From a virus: DNA of 64,000 nt. Made by a program: the position numbers and the translations under genes. Location of the stretch: IMG/VR virus record IMGVR_UViG_3300029454_000001, positions 14,344-78,343 of that record. One strand, written 5' to 3'. The notes under the pieces are model-generated. The model searched no databases. It was not told where the DNA came from and saw only the letters and a program-made list of their open reading frames with translations. This document shows positions 9,901-18,838 of the stretch, in pieces. Every line of letters starts with the position of its first letter. The stretch's first letter is position 1.

Positions 9901-11624
9901 TCGTCACCAGCTGTTTCTATACCGCCTAAGTTAGATACAATATCACTAACTCCACTCTGCGAGCCTTTTAGTTTCTTACCCATCAATACATACATGAAGT
10001 TGCGGAATGCATTTGCGGCTTGCATAAGCTTTGACATGAGCGCATTAAGTGCTTGAATAGCCGGAAGGATTCCAGCAATTAAGCCTTGCCCGATTACTGC
10101 GGAAAGTGACTGGAAATTCAGAGTGAGTAAACGAACCTGGTTCGCCCATGTGCCAGATGTCCTTGCGAAATCCCCTTGCACATCACCTGTAACTGACATT
10201 AAATAGTTATATCGAAGAGCTACTTTTTCAGCTTGAGACATTGCATTATAAGATGTTGTAATTCCCCTTGAAAGAGCATAAGCCTCCATATTTGCAACGG
10301 ATAAATTAATGCCCAATTGTCTTAAAGGCTCAATTTCCCCGGAAATTCCAGAACGTATTTTCTGAAAAGCAGTATCGGTATCAACATTGTAAAATGATGC
10401 AATATCCCCGGCTAATCCAGCAAGAGAAATTGACATTTTAGAAGCTGCATCTTGCGCAACACCAGATGATTTCATCATTGCCATCATGGTTCCAGAATAT
10501 TGCTTTGCTGCCAATTCTGATAATCCAAATTGTTCTTTGGCCGTAGAAGCAAATTTGTAGGCTTCATCTGCCATGCTTCCAAAGGAAACATCTACAACAT
10601 TTTCGATTTCTGTAATAGCAGAGCCAAAACCAATTGCACTTTTTCCTAAATTTGCCAGACCACGAATAGCCTTAAAACCGATAGCAGTTTTAAGCAAATT
10701 TCCGAGATTAAAAGAAGCGGTTTTAATTCCAGAACTACTATTCCCGAGACGTTGAAACCATCCAATAATGCCTTTTACCCCGGTTCCAATTATAGAAGAA
10801 GTTTTACTAACAATATTACCAAGGCTAGATGTTGCAGATGATAATTTAGAAAACGCACTGGATATAGAATTTGTAGCGGAATTCACTTTACCGCCAGAAT
10901 TTGCCAACTTTGCTAGTGCTTCCGTCATGCGGATTGTGTTATCACTGATTTTAGGTGCAGTTTTCATCACGTCAAAGAAAGATAATACTTCCTTTGCTAG
11001 TGTTCCAAGTTGGCTTGACGTTTGTCCGATTTTATTTCCAGAGCTTGCCAATTGTGCAATAGACTGAACTAACCTATTTACAGGTTCAGATATATCGCCA
11101 ACGCTCGTAAAACTCTCTACGATTGATTTAAGATTTCTTCCAAGCCCAGGCAATTCAGCAGATACATTCGCAATATATTCACCAGAATTGGCTAGTCTAG
11201 CCATTGAATTGACAAAACGATTAACACTGGTAGATACATCTGGAATCTCTGCCAAATTGCTTAATTGATGGATTATTTCTCCAAGTTTCCCAGAATCAAA
11301 TCCACTAACATCAACCTGGCTAAGCCTGTTGATTGAGTTGATAACTGCATTCAGACCAGAACCTTTATAATCTACTCCACCCATTGTCTTTATGGAATTT
11401 GAGAATTTTCCAATTCCATCAGCAATGCTTGTCATTTTCCCTATATCAAGTTCTTTTAGTTTTCCAAGTTCCCTTACACAACTACGTAATCCGTTTGTAT
11501 TAACTCCGCTTAATGCGGAATTAACTTCTGTGAGTTTGTTTGAAAGATTAGTCAGCGCACGTACTGCTTTTTCTGTGCTACTGCTAATCTGTATATCAAG
11601 GGTATCAATGGTATTTTCAGCCAT
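6933..11624 (-). CDS. tail tape measure protein
   Basis: 1563 aa, coiled/helical and Gly/Ala/Ser-rich, follows the chaperone pair; core region FGSMADEAYKFASTAKEQFGLSELAAKQYSGTMMAMMKS is typical of TP901-type tape measure proteins. Confidence 0.9.
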   Translation of the reverse strand: MAENTIDTLDIQISSSTEKAVRALTNLSNKLTEVNSALSGVNTNGLRSCVRELGKLKELDIGKMTSIADGIGKFSNSIKTMGGVDYKGSGLNAVINSINRLSQVDVSGFDSGKLGEIIHQLSNLAEIPDVSTSVNRFVNSMARLANSGEYIANVSAELPGLGRNLKSIVESFTSVGDISEPVNRLVQSIAQLASSGNKIGQTSSQLGTLAKEVLSFFDVMKTAPKISDNTIRMTEALAKLANSGGKVNSATNSISSAFSKLSSATSSLGNIVSKTSSIIGTGVKGIIGWFQRLGNSSSGIKTASFNLGNLLKTAIGFKAIRGLANLGKSAIGFGSAITEIENVVDVSFGSMADEAYKFASTAKEQFGLSELAAKQYSGTMMAMMKSSGVAQDAASKMSISLAGLAGDIASFYNVDTDTAFQKIRSGISGEIEPLRQLGINLSVANMEAYALSRGITTSYNAMSQAEKVALRYNYLMSVTGDVQGDFARTSGTWANQVRLLTLNFQSLSAVIGQGLIAGILPAIQALNALMSKLMQAANAFRNFMYVLMGKKLKGSQSGVSDIVSNLGGIETAGDDASSGLDDATSSAKKLKKALSVLPFDQLNQLTDNSDNSGTESKSLGSGLGDLADSFAGIQDSLDEVLTVDETPINKWAAKIRKAFINKDWQGLGFTIADMINVGMQKIYEVINWNNVGPKITEFVNAFTTAFNSMVSGIDFDLMGRLLGAGINTAVNTLNLLLGDGGIDFSGIGAKLSQLLKGAIKEIDWTGLGNLIGNSFMASWKMLSGFVKDMSKKDGAGITGWGKLGTAIGKALNGAIKKIDMNTIADALSGLLNGAFESLKSFTETFNWDDLATKIRDGIAKFIKETNWKENGQALGDFISHLCTALKDSLTTDTFYEFGQGVGTFLGELPWGEILSTAADLILGGLSDAFNGLVDGIKENHPLVGSLVDILGKAFIAVKIANITGISTLVGSLVGHIASKIAEKKNAEMIAEKLADVLGDGTSGAKEAIKDLGDAAGSSSSKFGSLTKALGPLVGEAGLIVAVGVAAAGATSQLAGLVETMQGGNGVGTTFGNTMNNFIQTLQRRGDILSGSAEEIWQLKESLEQEGMTAEDKAKATQKLIDKLGEMGVTSDQAEQAFSQLNQKGLITDDMFKILSDSIKTLDDKTTNMSGSIDLSKQSIDDLYDTVLPQLQTQLGLSADEMVSLDTALMEAENSGGTAQDAFDNIMARAKELGINTESVAKIFAQVFPDSVKEMETKTKTSISSTNTFVKTGMGSISKATGTAMSGIQTATEKAMSAAQTKVKTSTENISSDSKTNWGNSASAVSTALGTMDTDTKDVMGKVMTTIQSYWSSVLINTNQIWEKASGKVDTETQKMKTYTENNLSGISDKIKGLFSVDLTSAGQQAAQSYVNGMKLVSFPTLSYKISEWKKHNLGGGKTSSTPVYSPNWYYPNWYAKGGLFNGAQVIGIGEAGSEAVLPLENPRTMKKIADSIVSSSDGSMGLTKEEMTKAVAQGVAMAMSMNSGNNNPQYIMNSIILDGSEIAKAVTKAQNDTDSRFKPSPAY

Positions 11625-11671
11625 TTTATTTATCCCTCCTTTTTTACAAAAAAATAAAGGGCAGACAAGAC

Positions 11672-12085
11672 TTATTCATCCTGCCTGCCCTTTTCATGGT
11701 TAAGCTCAAAGCTCGCCTGCATGAGTTGCAAGCTTGCCAAAAGTGCGTTTCTCTGTTTTTTCTTTTCTTCTTCGGAAAGTATGCCTTCCTGTTTACGCTT
11801 TTCTTCCTCTGATGATTCAAGTAAAGGTTTCTTCAAATACTCTGCCTTGGATTTTTTTCCCATTAAAGCATTTGCAACAGCTGTGAATGTGGCTGATGTT
11901 TCATAAATGCCCGCTTGCCAAAGCTCAGCGTCTTTTCTTTTTTGCCGTATCTTTTCAGCTTCGAGATAAGGTTTTAATTCCGCTGGAGTAGAATCCATAA
12001 ATTCTTCTTTAGATACACCAATAGAGAGGTATAAAGGAAGAATCTCTTGGTAAACAGCTTCTCGAAAAGTTAATTTTTCTTTTTG
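11672..12085 (-). CDS. -1 frameshift extension of the tail assembly chaperone (T part of G-T)
   Basis: The -1 frame is open from at least 12100 through 11672 and crosses the G stop; an A-rich slippery run lies at 12085-12073. Confidence 0.6.
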   Translation of the reverse strand, partial: QKEKLTFREAVYQEILPLYLSIGVSKEEFMDSTPAELKPYLEAEKIRQKRKDAELWQAGIYETSATFTAVANALMGKKSKAEYLKKPLLESSEEEKRKQEGILSEEEKKKQRNALLASLQLMQASFELNHEKGRQDE

Positions 12086-12498
12086 TGATCCTGTGGGAGC
12101 TTCGTTGCATTCTTCTCTACTGCCTGTGCTTCTGCTACTGCATTCAGCAGACCGGATAAAAAACCATTTTTCTCCAATTCTTTATCAAGAAGTTGGTATA
12201 AATCAAATCCGCTTTTAGGATTTTCCTCGGTTCCTTCATCTTCGTAATCATCCAAAAGGTCACAGACTTTATCAAGAACAGCTTTTTTTTCAGAATCACT
12301 TTCATACCCAAACTCATCCTTGTGCTTCTTTTGAAGTCCGGCAAGAAGCAGTTCCGGAAGAAGAGAAATCATCTTCTGAAGGCTTCTCTCTTTTCCGTCT
12401 GTAATTCCCTGTACCTTGTCCAGCACATCTGTCTTTGTAAGAAGTCCATATCCAAATACAACCTTATACTCTTTTCCGTGTACATTAAAAGTTACCAT
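12070..12498 (-). CDS. tail assembly chaperone (G-like)
   Basis: 142-aa acidic protein between the major tail protein and the tape measure, ending in ..QDHKKKN on the slippery run. Confidence 0.7.
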   Translation of the reverse strand: MVTFNVHGKEYKVVFGYGLLTKTDVLDKVQGITDGKERSLQKMISLLPELLLAGLQKKHKDEFGYESDSEKKAVLDKVCDLLDDYEDEGTEENPKSGFDLYQLLDKELEKNGFLSGLLNAVAEAQAVEKNATKLPQDHKKKN

Positions 12499-12522
12499 TT
12501 TATAATCCTCCCGACATGTTTT

Positions 12523-13053
12523 TTAGTTAAGTGTCATTGCACCTGTGGAATCTGCTACTGCTTTTGCGGTATCTAAAGCCTGCGTAAGTTCGTCAGAAAC
12601 AACTTTTGTATCAAGGCCTTTATACTCTTGAATAATGAGGGACAGCGGAATTGTTGCTGCTTCATTCTGTCCAATATCAGACAATGGAATATTTTTTCCA
12701 GGGTCTGCGATAACAAAGAATGCATCAGCGAGGTCTGGAAATACAACTTCAAACCAAACTCTAAATCCTTTTGACTTTCCTGTTGCCGCATCAGTCATAA
12801 GCTTCTTTAGTGCCGTGATAACATCAGCGTTAAGATTGAAGGTTACATCCCAAGTACCACCAGTATCCTGTCTACCGGACGCATACTGTGTAATGAAGTC
12901 TTCGAGTGCGGATACGTCAATCTGCTCTGTGTCAAGAGAAATTCCACCGATGGAACTACATCTTTTTAACCATGTGAATGCAGTTGGCTTTGTTCCTTTA
13001 GCGGTTTCAACACCGTAATGAAAAGTTACGCCAAGTGTTGTTAAATCTGCCAT
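12523..13053 (-). CDS. major tail protein
   Basis: 176 aa; position and TFHYGVETAKGTKPTAFTWLKRCSSIGGISLDTEQIDVSALED resemble phi13/TP901-type major tail proteins. Confidence 0.75.
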   Translation of the reverse strand: MADLTTLGVTFHYGVETAKGTKPTAFTWLKRCSSIGGISLDTEQIDVSALEDFITQYASGRQDTGGTWDVTFNLNADVITALKKLMTDAATGKSKGFRVWFEVVFPDLADAFFVIADPGKNIPLSDIGQNEAATIPLSLIIQEYKGLDTKVVSDELTQALDTAKAVADSTGAMTLN

Positions 13054-13128
13054 TTTGATAGGCTCCTTTCTTTAATTCAAGTTTTATGCACGTAACCCTG
13101 TGCCGGGAGATAGCGGATCACCGCCTTT

Positions 13129-13341
13129 CTACTCTTCTTTGTCTGTTTTCAGTTCTGGTAATCCTGCTACAGATGTAAGCAGTGATAAAAAGCCGGAAAG
13201 TAAAGATGCGGATAAAACCATTTTCCAGTCGACACTGCCGATTACAGTTGCGGTTCCAATGGTTGCTATTGCTGTTTGTGCGACTGTTTTTACGGCTCTA
13301 ATTCCTGCTGCTTTCAGCCAAAGTAATTTGTCTGCTTTCAT
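13129..13341 (-). CDS. holin-like small membrane protein (LL-H-type pattern)
   Basis: AGIRAVKTVAQTAIATIGTATVIGSVDWKMVLSASLLSGFLSLLTSVAGLPE. Start moved to ATG 13341, behind SD AAAGGAGAA. Confidence 0.5.
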   Translation of the reverse strand: MKADKLLWLKAAGIRAVKTVAQTAIATIGTATVIGSVDWKMVLSASLLSGFLSLLTSVAGLPELKTDKEE

Positions 13342-13393
13342 TCGACATTCTCCTTTCATATTTTTGAATAAAAAAATAGAAGCATTTCTGCTC

Positions 13394-13798
13394 CTAATCT
13401 AATAAAGTTCCTGTATATATTCGGCTGTATCGGCTTACAAGCTTTTTGATTCCACTGTCACCAAAAAACATAGGTTCCGGTCCGTATGTGCGGCGGAATC
13501 CCATTCTCACCATAGTTATGTGACTTATCTCATCCAATTCATACAATCTGGTTAATGCTTTGCTCCCAGATGTGAAGCAATTTACTTGAAATGATGGCAT
13601 TGTTGCACATTCATCCCCTTCAAGGTCACCTCTTGTAATTGGATTACCAAGCATATAAAGCTGTGCATATGCTTTTTTACCGGAAGCATTTGTTTCACTA
13701 CCATCCATGGAATAATTGTCTGCGCCAGTAATCTTAGAAACAGCCGCTCCCCATTTTGAAAAAACTTCCAGTACAGGGGATTCTATTGTGTCCGGCAT
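13394..13798 (-). CDS. putative tail completion/terminator protein
   Basis: 134 aa immediately upstream of the major tail gene; start ATG 13798 behind GAGGTGA; assigned by position only. Confidence 0.4.
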   Translation of the reverse strand: MPDTIESPVLEVFSKWGAAVSKITGADNYSMDGSETNASGKKAYAQLYMLGNPITRGDLEGDECATMPSFQVNCFTSGSKALTRLYELDEISHITMVRMGFRRTYGPEPMFFGDSGIKKLVSRYSRIYTGTLLD

Positions 13799-13811
13799 AT
13801 CTGTCACCTCA

Positions 13812-13849
13812 CAATAAAAAAATGCACTCACCTTTATAGTGAATGCATT
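13812..13849 (-). terminator. intrinsic terminator inside the neck/tail gene row
   Basis: Minus strand AATGCATTCAC-loop-GTGAGTGCATT followed by TTTTTTAT, 14 nt before the start at 13798. Confidence 0.6.
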
Positions 13850-13876
13850 GCATGTTATACTACAATTTAACACTGT

Positions 13877-13904
13877 AATGATACCATAATTAATTGGTAT
13901 CATT
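13877..13904. promoter_or_regulatory. operator-like 10-bp inverted repeat
   Basis: AATGATACCA-TAATTAAT-TGGTATCATT, with a third half-site ATGGTATC at about 13913-13920. Confidence 0.4.
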
Positions 13905-13925
13905 CAGTATATTATGGTATCTTCT

Positions 13926-14441
13926 TTAGGAATAGAATACCTCTTTGGCAATTTTGCGGATATTCTGAATGATTTCTACGCTTGCCTTATACATTGGCAT
14001 TGTAGCTTCTGTACCGTAAGAACGTACCCATTCGCCGGAATCAGAAATATATACCCAGGAATCGTTTTTTCCTTTTCCTTGTCCGTAAGAACCGATTGTA
14101 TAACCAAATTCTTCTCCTTTTGGATGTGGGCTAGAACCGGCTGCACCATTGTGGTAAATACCAGCGCCGAATTCAATGAATAAAATGCTTTTGCCTTCGC
14201 ATATTAAATGGGCTTCTGCATAGTCCCCAAAACTGTTAATTTTGATGTAAGTATTGTGGTTCTTATCAGAATCGCCTTGTGCTGCCAAAATATTTTGGTC
14301 AATAACTGGAATCCCTAATTCACATAATCTTTTTATGAAAATTTCATTTTTGTTCCTTAAAGATTTTTGATAATTTTTTATTTCATCAATAGCTTTTTGG
14401 ATTGATTTCTGTGATAAGGTACACTTTATTGTCTTACCCAT
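13926..14441 (-). CDS. HK97 gp10-like head-tail joining protein
   Basis: FIEFGAGIYH...GTEATMPMYKA pattern; start ATG 14441 overlaps the upstream stop (ATGGGTAA) behind AGAGGAA. Confidence 0.5.
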   Translation of the reverse strand: MGKTIKCTLSQKSIQKAIDEIKNYQKSLRNKNEIFIKRLCELGIPVIDQNILAAQGDSDKNHNTYIKINSFGDYAEAHLICEGKSILFIEFGAGIYHNGAAGSSPHPKGEEFGYTIGSYGQGKGKNDSWVYISDSGEWVRSYGTEATMPMYKASVEIIQNIRKIAKEVFYS

Positions 14442-14826
14442 CTTCGTTTCCTCTTTTAGAAATTCCGTATCTGGCAATATTGCCTTTTTGTGTGTCTAAA
14501 ATCTTCTTTAGTGTGTAGTCTGGCAATACTGTGGGCTCTTCATCTTTGTTCAAAATAAGGCTTCCGTCCTCGCTTATTTGTGGAATTCTATCTATCCAAA
14601 ATATGTCCGCTTCCTGTGGGTGGAAATTTCGATTAAAGCTTGTAATGTATCTGTCATAATCTGGCACTATTCCAGCTGCAATTTCTTCTGGTGTTCCGGC
14701 TGTAGATGATACAGAAAAAGAGTATAGAACTGGTTTCTCATAAACTTTAATACGGTCTAATCCTTGCGTTTTTTCAGTAATTCGAGACCAATATACTTTT
14801 TGCTTTTGACGGACTAATCCTCTCAT
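14434..14826 (-). CDS. putative head-closure / head-tail adaptor protein
   Basis: 130 aa; assigned by position next to the gp10-like gene only. Confidence 0.35.
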   Translation of the reverse strand: MRGLVRQKQKVYWSRITEKTQGLDRIKVYEKPVLYSFSVSSTAGTPEEIAAGIVPDYDRYITSFNRNFHPQEADIFWIDRIPQISEDGSLILNKDEEPTVLPDYTLKKILDTQKGNIARYGISKRGNEDG

Positions 14827-14870
14827 ATTTCCTCTCTTTCTTAAATTTGGTTGCTTAACTAAAGCATACT

Positions 14871-16922
14871 TTAAGTAATTCCCACATTATCTGCATTAAG
14901 AGATGATGCTGTATTGCCATGAGATGTTTTAGAAAGTTTTGATTCACCGATGACATACTCAAACGAATCTAATCCCATCTCTTCTGAATAGCAAGTGTTA
15001 TTAATTGCTTCTATTTCAAAATTTACGCTGTCTCCAAGATTTCCTCGAATGCTACCGCTATATCCATAGTTACTTGTCATCACACAATTTCTAAGCACAA
15101 GGAGCTGGTTTGGAGCAGAATGATAATTCGATGAATGACACAGAAATGCGCCTTTCCAATTGTCTTTTTTGAAATACTCTTTGCTGCAATTTCTAATCAT
15201 TTCGCAATTTTCAAAAATTATTTTTTGATTCTGATTGACTCCCATTCCAACTGCTGGAAACGCTTCACTGTATAAGGTACAGTTGACGACTCTTCCAGTT
15301 GTTTTTTCGTTGACATCTTTCGAGTTTCCGTCGATGTGCAACGCATATCCGGGATATGTCGCCCATACATTATCTGTGTACTCCGGAACAAAACCTTGTT
15401 CCTCCATCCGAATTGTTAAATTGCGAAGCTCAAAATTTCCGGTTACCATTACGGGAGTATTAGCATATATTCCAGATGTATTTTTGATGATACACTGATC
15501 TCGATTAACTCCAATTATTGATATGTTGTGTTTGTTTCCGAGATACACAATTTCATCGTATACGCCTTCTTGGAGAACTATTGTTGTAGGCGAATCTACA
15601 TCGCCCGCATTCCGAACTGCGTCCATTATTGTTGAGTAATCCCCCGTTCCATCTTTTGAAACGTGAATGATTCCGCTTTTGTACTTTGGAATTTCCTCTT
15701 CCATGTATACATCAATGCACGGATATGTTTTGTTGGTTGATATATTGCCGCTCCAATAGTTTTGTGGCGGAATGTAATTATTGATTTCTACATTGAAATC
15801 TAAAAAATTTCCATACCATGTAAATGGTTCACCGTTAGAATACAGATACAACTGCCCGCTTTGGCTGGTGAATGCACCGCTGTCGTTGGAATAAATTGCA
15901 ATGCTTATATAATCATGTCCTTCAGATGGCGAAGAATCAAACATACTTTCGGAGATATCAATTTCAATTTCGTTTTTTCCTGCTGTTAGCACATACGATT
16001 TCTTAAAAACTAAAATCTGTGTGTACGTAGAGTCTGGTCTATATAAAAAAATCGTTCCGGTACCACCATTTGAGAGTATTGATAACTTCAATTTTTTTAC
16101 ATTTCGGAAAATTCTTGTCTTGTCTCCGAGAGTATATACATAATCGGCATTGATATTCATTGTTGGGGCATTTTTCAGATAATCGCATTTCAGCGATATT
16201 TTGACAGACTCTTCAATTCCCAAGACGTTTATATCTCCCTTTAGCGAACCAATAGCTTCTCCCGTTGCTTTTGCTTCTGCAAGCCCACCTTCTATAGTCA
16301 ATGTAGTGTCTGGCTGTGATACACTCTGGATATCCTTAATAGCTTGTTCTTTTGCGGAATTTACATTTTGAACAGCTTCCGCAGATGTGTTTTTAGTAAG
16401 CTCCAAAAGCTGATTTATAACATCTTTTTCTTCCTGTCCTATCTGTGGTTGATCAATCTCGATACCCTCTAGCACTGGTACTTCCGCTATTGCGGTATTC
16501 CATTCAACACTAATATTTGAATCGGAATCCGTTTTAACAGCGCAAACAATAAAACGTACCGTTCCCATATACCTTGCTGCATTTCTTCCAATCAACCAAG
16601 AAAAAGTTACATTTTCGCCATCTACAGCTACATCATCACAAATGTATTGGTCTTTGATAGAAACATTAAAATCCACACTGCTTACGTTTTCGAAGTTAAT
16701 TCTGACTGAAAATTTGGATAAATCAAGATTATCTCCTACAATTTTGGGACATGAAAATTTAATACGTTCTGCATTCTTGTCAGATTGTACCCCACCAACT
16801 ACGATTGTAGAGGGCACGAAAATAGCCCTTGTCTTATCGTCAATTGTGCATATATCGGATTCTTCAGAAAGCAAATTAACATCTTCTTTTGCGCTCATAA
16901 GTAAATCAAGTGCTGTTGCCAT
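14871..16922 (-). CDS. tail fibre / receptor-binding protein with C-terminal right-handed beta-helix (pectin-lyase fold, pectinesterase-like start)
   Basis: The N-terminal ~150 aa resemble BppU-type baseplate/fibre N-domains. IIHVSKDGTGDYSTIMDAVRNAGDVDSPTTIVLQEGVYDEIVYL..NISIIGVNRDQCIIKN resembles the start of pectinesterase-like beta-helices. Confidence 0.6.
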   Translation of the reverse strand: MATALDLLMSAKEDVNLLSEESDICTIDDKTRAIFVPSTIVVGGVQSDKNAERIKFSCPKIVGDNLDLSKFSVRINFENVSSVDFNVSIKDQYICDDVAVDGENVTFSWLIGRNAARYMGTVRFIVCAVKTDSDSNISVEWNTAIAEVPVLEGIEIDQPQIGQEEKDVINQLLELTKNTSAEAVQNVNSAKEQAIKDIQSVSQPDTTLTIEGGLAEAKATGEAIGSLKGDINVLGIEESVKISLKCDYLKNAPTMNINADYVYTLGDKTRIFRNVKKLKLSILSNGGTGTIFLYRPDSTYTQILVFKKSYVLTAGKNEIEIDISESMFDSSPSEGHDYISIAIYSNDSGAFTSQSGQLYLYSNGEPFTWYGNFLDFNVEINNYIPPQNYWSGNISTNKTYPCIDVYMEEEIPKYKSGIIHVSKDGTGDYSTIMDAVRNAGDVDSPTTIVLQEGVYDEIVYLGNKHNISIIGVNRDQCIIKNTSGIYANTPVMVTGNFELRNLTIRMEEQGFVPEYTDNVWATYPGYALHIDGNSKDVNEKTTGRVVNCTLYSEAFPAVGMGVNQNQKIIFENCEMIRNCSKEYFKKDNWKGAFLCHSSNYHSAPNQLLVLRNCVMTSNYGYSGSIRGNLGDSVNFEIEAINNTCYSEEMGLDSFEYVIGESKLSKTSHGNTASSLNADNVGIT

Positions 16923-16925
16923 GTT

Positions 16926-17243
16926 CTACCCCCTCTGTGATACTTTAGTTTTACCAGTGGTTATAATGTATTTTCCGTTATCTTTTACGCCAGTGACAGA
17001 TACAGAAAAATAATCCCAAGTAAGGGCTTCCGTTGGAATTTCACATTGATTGTTTTTCAGTATTACTGGGTATTCTTTTTCCATTCTCCAAAATGAAGCA
17101 GCTGTTTTACATCCGTTCCACTCTGGTGAAAAGATAAACAATGCTTTAAGATATCCAGTCGTGCCCTTTACCAGTCCAGAGAAATCACACTTGGGATCTG
17201 GATAAATTCTTTGATTATTTACAATAAATCTTAATACTCTCAT
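16926..17243 (-). CDS. small fibre-associated protein
   Basis: Start at ATG 17243 (ATGA overlap with the upstream stop); 105 aa directly upstream of the fibre gene. Confidence 0.4.
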   Translation of the reverse strand: MRVLRFIVNNQRIYPDPKCDFSGLVKGTTGYLKALFIFSPEWNGCKTAASFWRMEKEYPVILKNNQCEIPTEALTWDYFSVSVTGVKDNGKYIITTGKTKVSQRG

Positions 17244-17626
17244 GCAGTCATCCTTTCCATTCCAACAGGGGCTACATATGTGAATTGGTTTCCCAAAATA
17301 TCTCTGGCTGTGCCAATCACGAAATGGCTGTAGTCTGCCAGAATATTGCATATAAATTCCTCTGCGTCAACCCAATATCGTTTCTTGACCATGCGGTGGA
17401 GCTCTGGTAATAGACCATAGCTGAACATTACACAATGTCCTAACTCATGGATAAATACACGGTTTAGAAGTTCTCCATGTAGGTTGTTCGCAATCGAAAT
17501 AATATGGGTGGAATAATCCGATACTCCAAGTGTTCTGTTTCCTGTGCGGTCAATTAAAACATCATCTTGTGGTGGAACAAACTGCACTCTCCATAAATCT
17601 CCATTCATGTAGAATTGTCGTAGCAT
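17240..17626 (-). CDS. small zinc metallopeptidase-like protein (HExxH)
   Basis: FIHELGHCVMF motif in a 128-aa protein. Confidence 0.5.
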   Translation of the reverse strand: MLRQFYMNGDLWRVQFVPPQDDVLIDRTGNRTLGVSDYSTHIISIANNLHGELLNRVFIHELGHCVMFSYGLLPELHRMVKKRYWVDAEEFICNILADYSHFVIGTARDILGNQFTYVAPVGMERMTA

Positions 17627-17649
17627 GGTTTATTACCATCCTTTCTACG

Positions 17650-17685
17650 AAAAAAGCCCCTGCCGCATTAATTTGCGACAAGGAC
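17650..17685 (-). terminator. intrinsic terminator closing the low-complexity gene unit
   Basis: Minus strand GTCCTTGTCGCA-AATTAA-TGCGGCAGGGGC (12 bp including 3 G-U pairs) followed by TTTTTT. Confidence 0.6.
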
Positions 17686-17702
17686 TTAATTCATTTATTG
17701 CT

Positions 17703-18335
17703 TTAGTTCATCTGCTGTACAAGTCTGGTCAGGTCAGTTTTCATCTGCTGTCTGAGCGTTGCATCTGCATCCGACCACATTTCCGTGAGATTACGGATAA
17801 TATCAGATGTGTACTCCTTCATGGAATCATCCATTTTTCTTTTGGATTCCGTGTCTTTGGAATCATGATAATGCCTACGATTCTCATCGTATCTATCATA
17901 GGATTCGCCATATCTGGACTTCTTCCAATTCATATTCATACCATCATTTTCCATATCACTACGCTCTGGATGATATCCCATGCGGTACATATTGCGCTCA
18001 AATTCTGGATTGTTTAAATACTCATCCATCCAGTCATCATCCTGCATATACAGATACGGTCTATAGCCTTTTCTGGTTCCCCTACCTTTTGGAGCGAAAC
18101 GCCCATTTGAATAGCGGTAACGGTCATATCCCATGCGTCCAAGATACTTTTCTTCCTGTTCGCATTCGTCCATAGCTTCTACGATTCTGTAATCTTTATC
18201 TGCACAAATCGCGCACTTTACGGATTCCATGCAGTCTTTCAGATCGTCCCAGTCTTGAGCACTGAGATTATCAAAGCCATGTGTTTTGGCTTTTTCCATA
18301 GCCCATTTTCCCATTTCCATTGCAACTTTATGCAT
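17703..18335 (-). CDS. hypothetical R/Y/D/M-rich low-complexity protein
   Basis: 210 aa; GRMGYDRYRYSNGRFAPKGRGTRKGYRPYLYMQDDDWMDEY..; start overlaps the upstream stop. Confidence 0.5.
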   Translation of the reverse strand: MHKVAMEMGKWAMEKAKTHGFDNLSAQDWDDLKDCMESVKCAICADKDYRIVEAMDECEQEEKYLGRMGYDRYRYSNGRFAPKGRGTRKGYRPYLYMQDDDWMDEYLNNPEFERNMYRMGYHPERSDMENDGMNMNWKKSRYGESYDRYDENRRHYHDSKDTESKRKMDDSMKEYTSDIIRNLTEMWSDADATLRQQMKTDLTRLVQQMN

Positions 18336-18760
18336 TACAGTGCCCCCTTTCTAACAGCCTGCGTAACAGGTGCTTCTGTCGTTGGGGCTGTACCATTAAT
18401 TGCTTTCAAATTGTTGCTCGGACTACAAGCCGGATTTCCTAACATCTTGAATACTCCGCCAGTTGCACTTGTAGCTACTCTGGTTGCGTACTTCGTTCTG
18501 GTTCTTATCCCACAAGCCGTAATCTGTGCACAGCAACGATTTTCTAGCGGATACAAAGTTGTTCCTGTTCCTATCTGAATCATTACCGGAGCAGTAATTG
18601 TAGTGGCTTCTGGTATACTTTGTGCAACAACAATACAATATTTTTCTCCATTGTTGTAACTGCCTGCTGGGAGTGTGATTACAAGATTACCTCCTGTAAA
18701 CGCAACAGCTTGGCTTATTACAAGACGGTTGCAGAGCTTACAAACATTTTTACAACTCAT
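18335..18760 (-). CDS. hypothetical Cys-rich protein
   Basis: MSCKNVCKLCNRLV...RCCAQITACG; ATG 18760 behind GAGAGGTAG. Confidence 0.5.
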   Translation of the reverse strand: MSCKNVCKLCNRLVISQAVAFTGGNLVITLPAGSYNNGEKYCIVVAQSIPEATTITAPVMIQIGTGTTLYPLENRCCAQITACGIRTRTKYATRVATSATGGVFKMLGNPACSPSNNLKAINGTAPTTEAPVTQAVRKGAL

Positions 18761-18777
18761 ATTTCTACCTCTCAATC

Positions 18778-18808
18778 AAAATAAGAGGTGAGCCGTAACC
18801 CACCTCTT
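18778..18808 (-). terminator. intrinsic terminator after the Gly/Cys-rich gene
   Basis: Minus strand AAGAGGTG-10 nt-CACCTCTT followed by ATTTTG. Confidence 0.6.
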
Positions 18809-18838
18809 AGAATTAGTCAACCTCTAAGGGCGAGTTAC

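Noticed and set aside
6885-11703. Many 60-160-aa plus-strand ORFs inside the tape measure gene (for example 6885..7361, 8623..8943, 9442..9816)
   Set aside because: They are antisense shadows of a long, compositionally biased gene. None has an SD, and all are nested in a confidently called CDS. The same applies to antisense ORFs in the portal, terL, capsid and ATPase genes.
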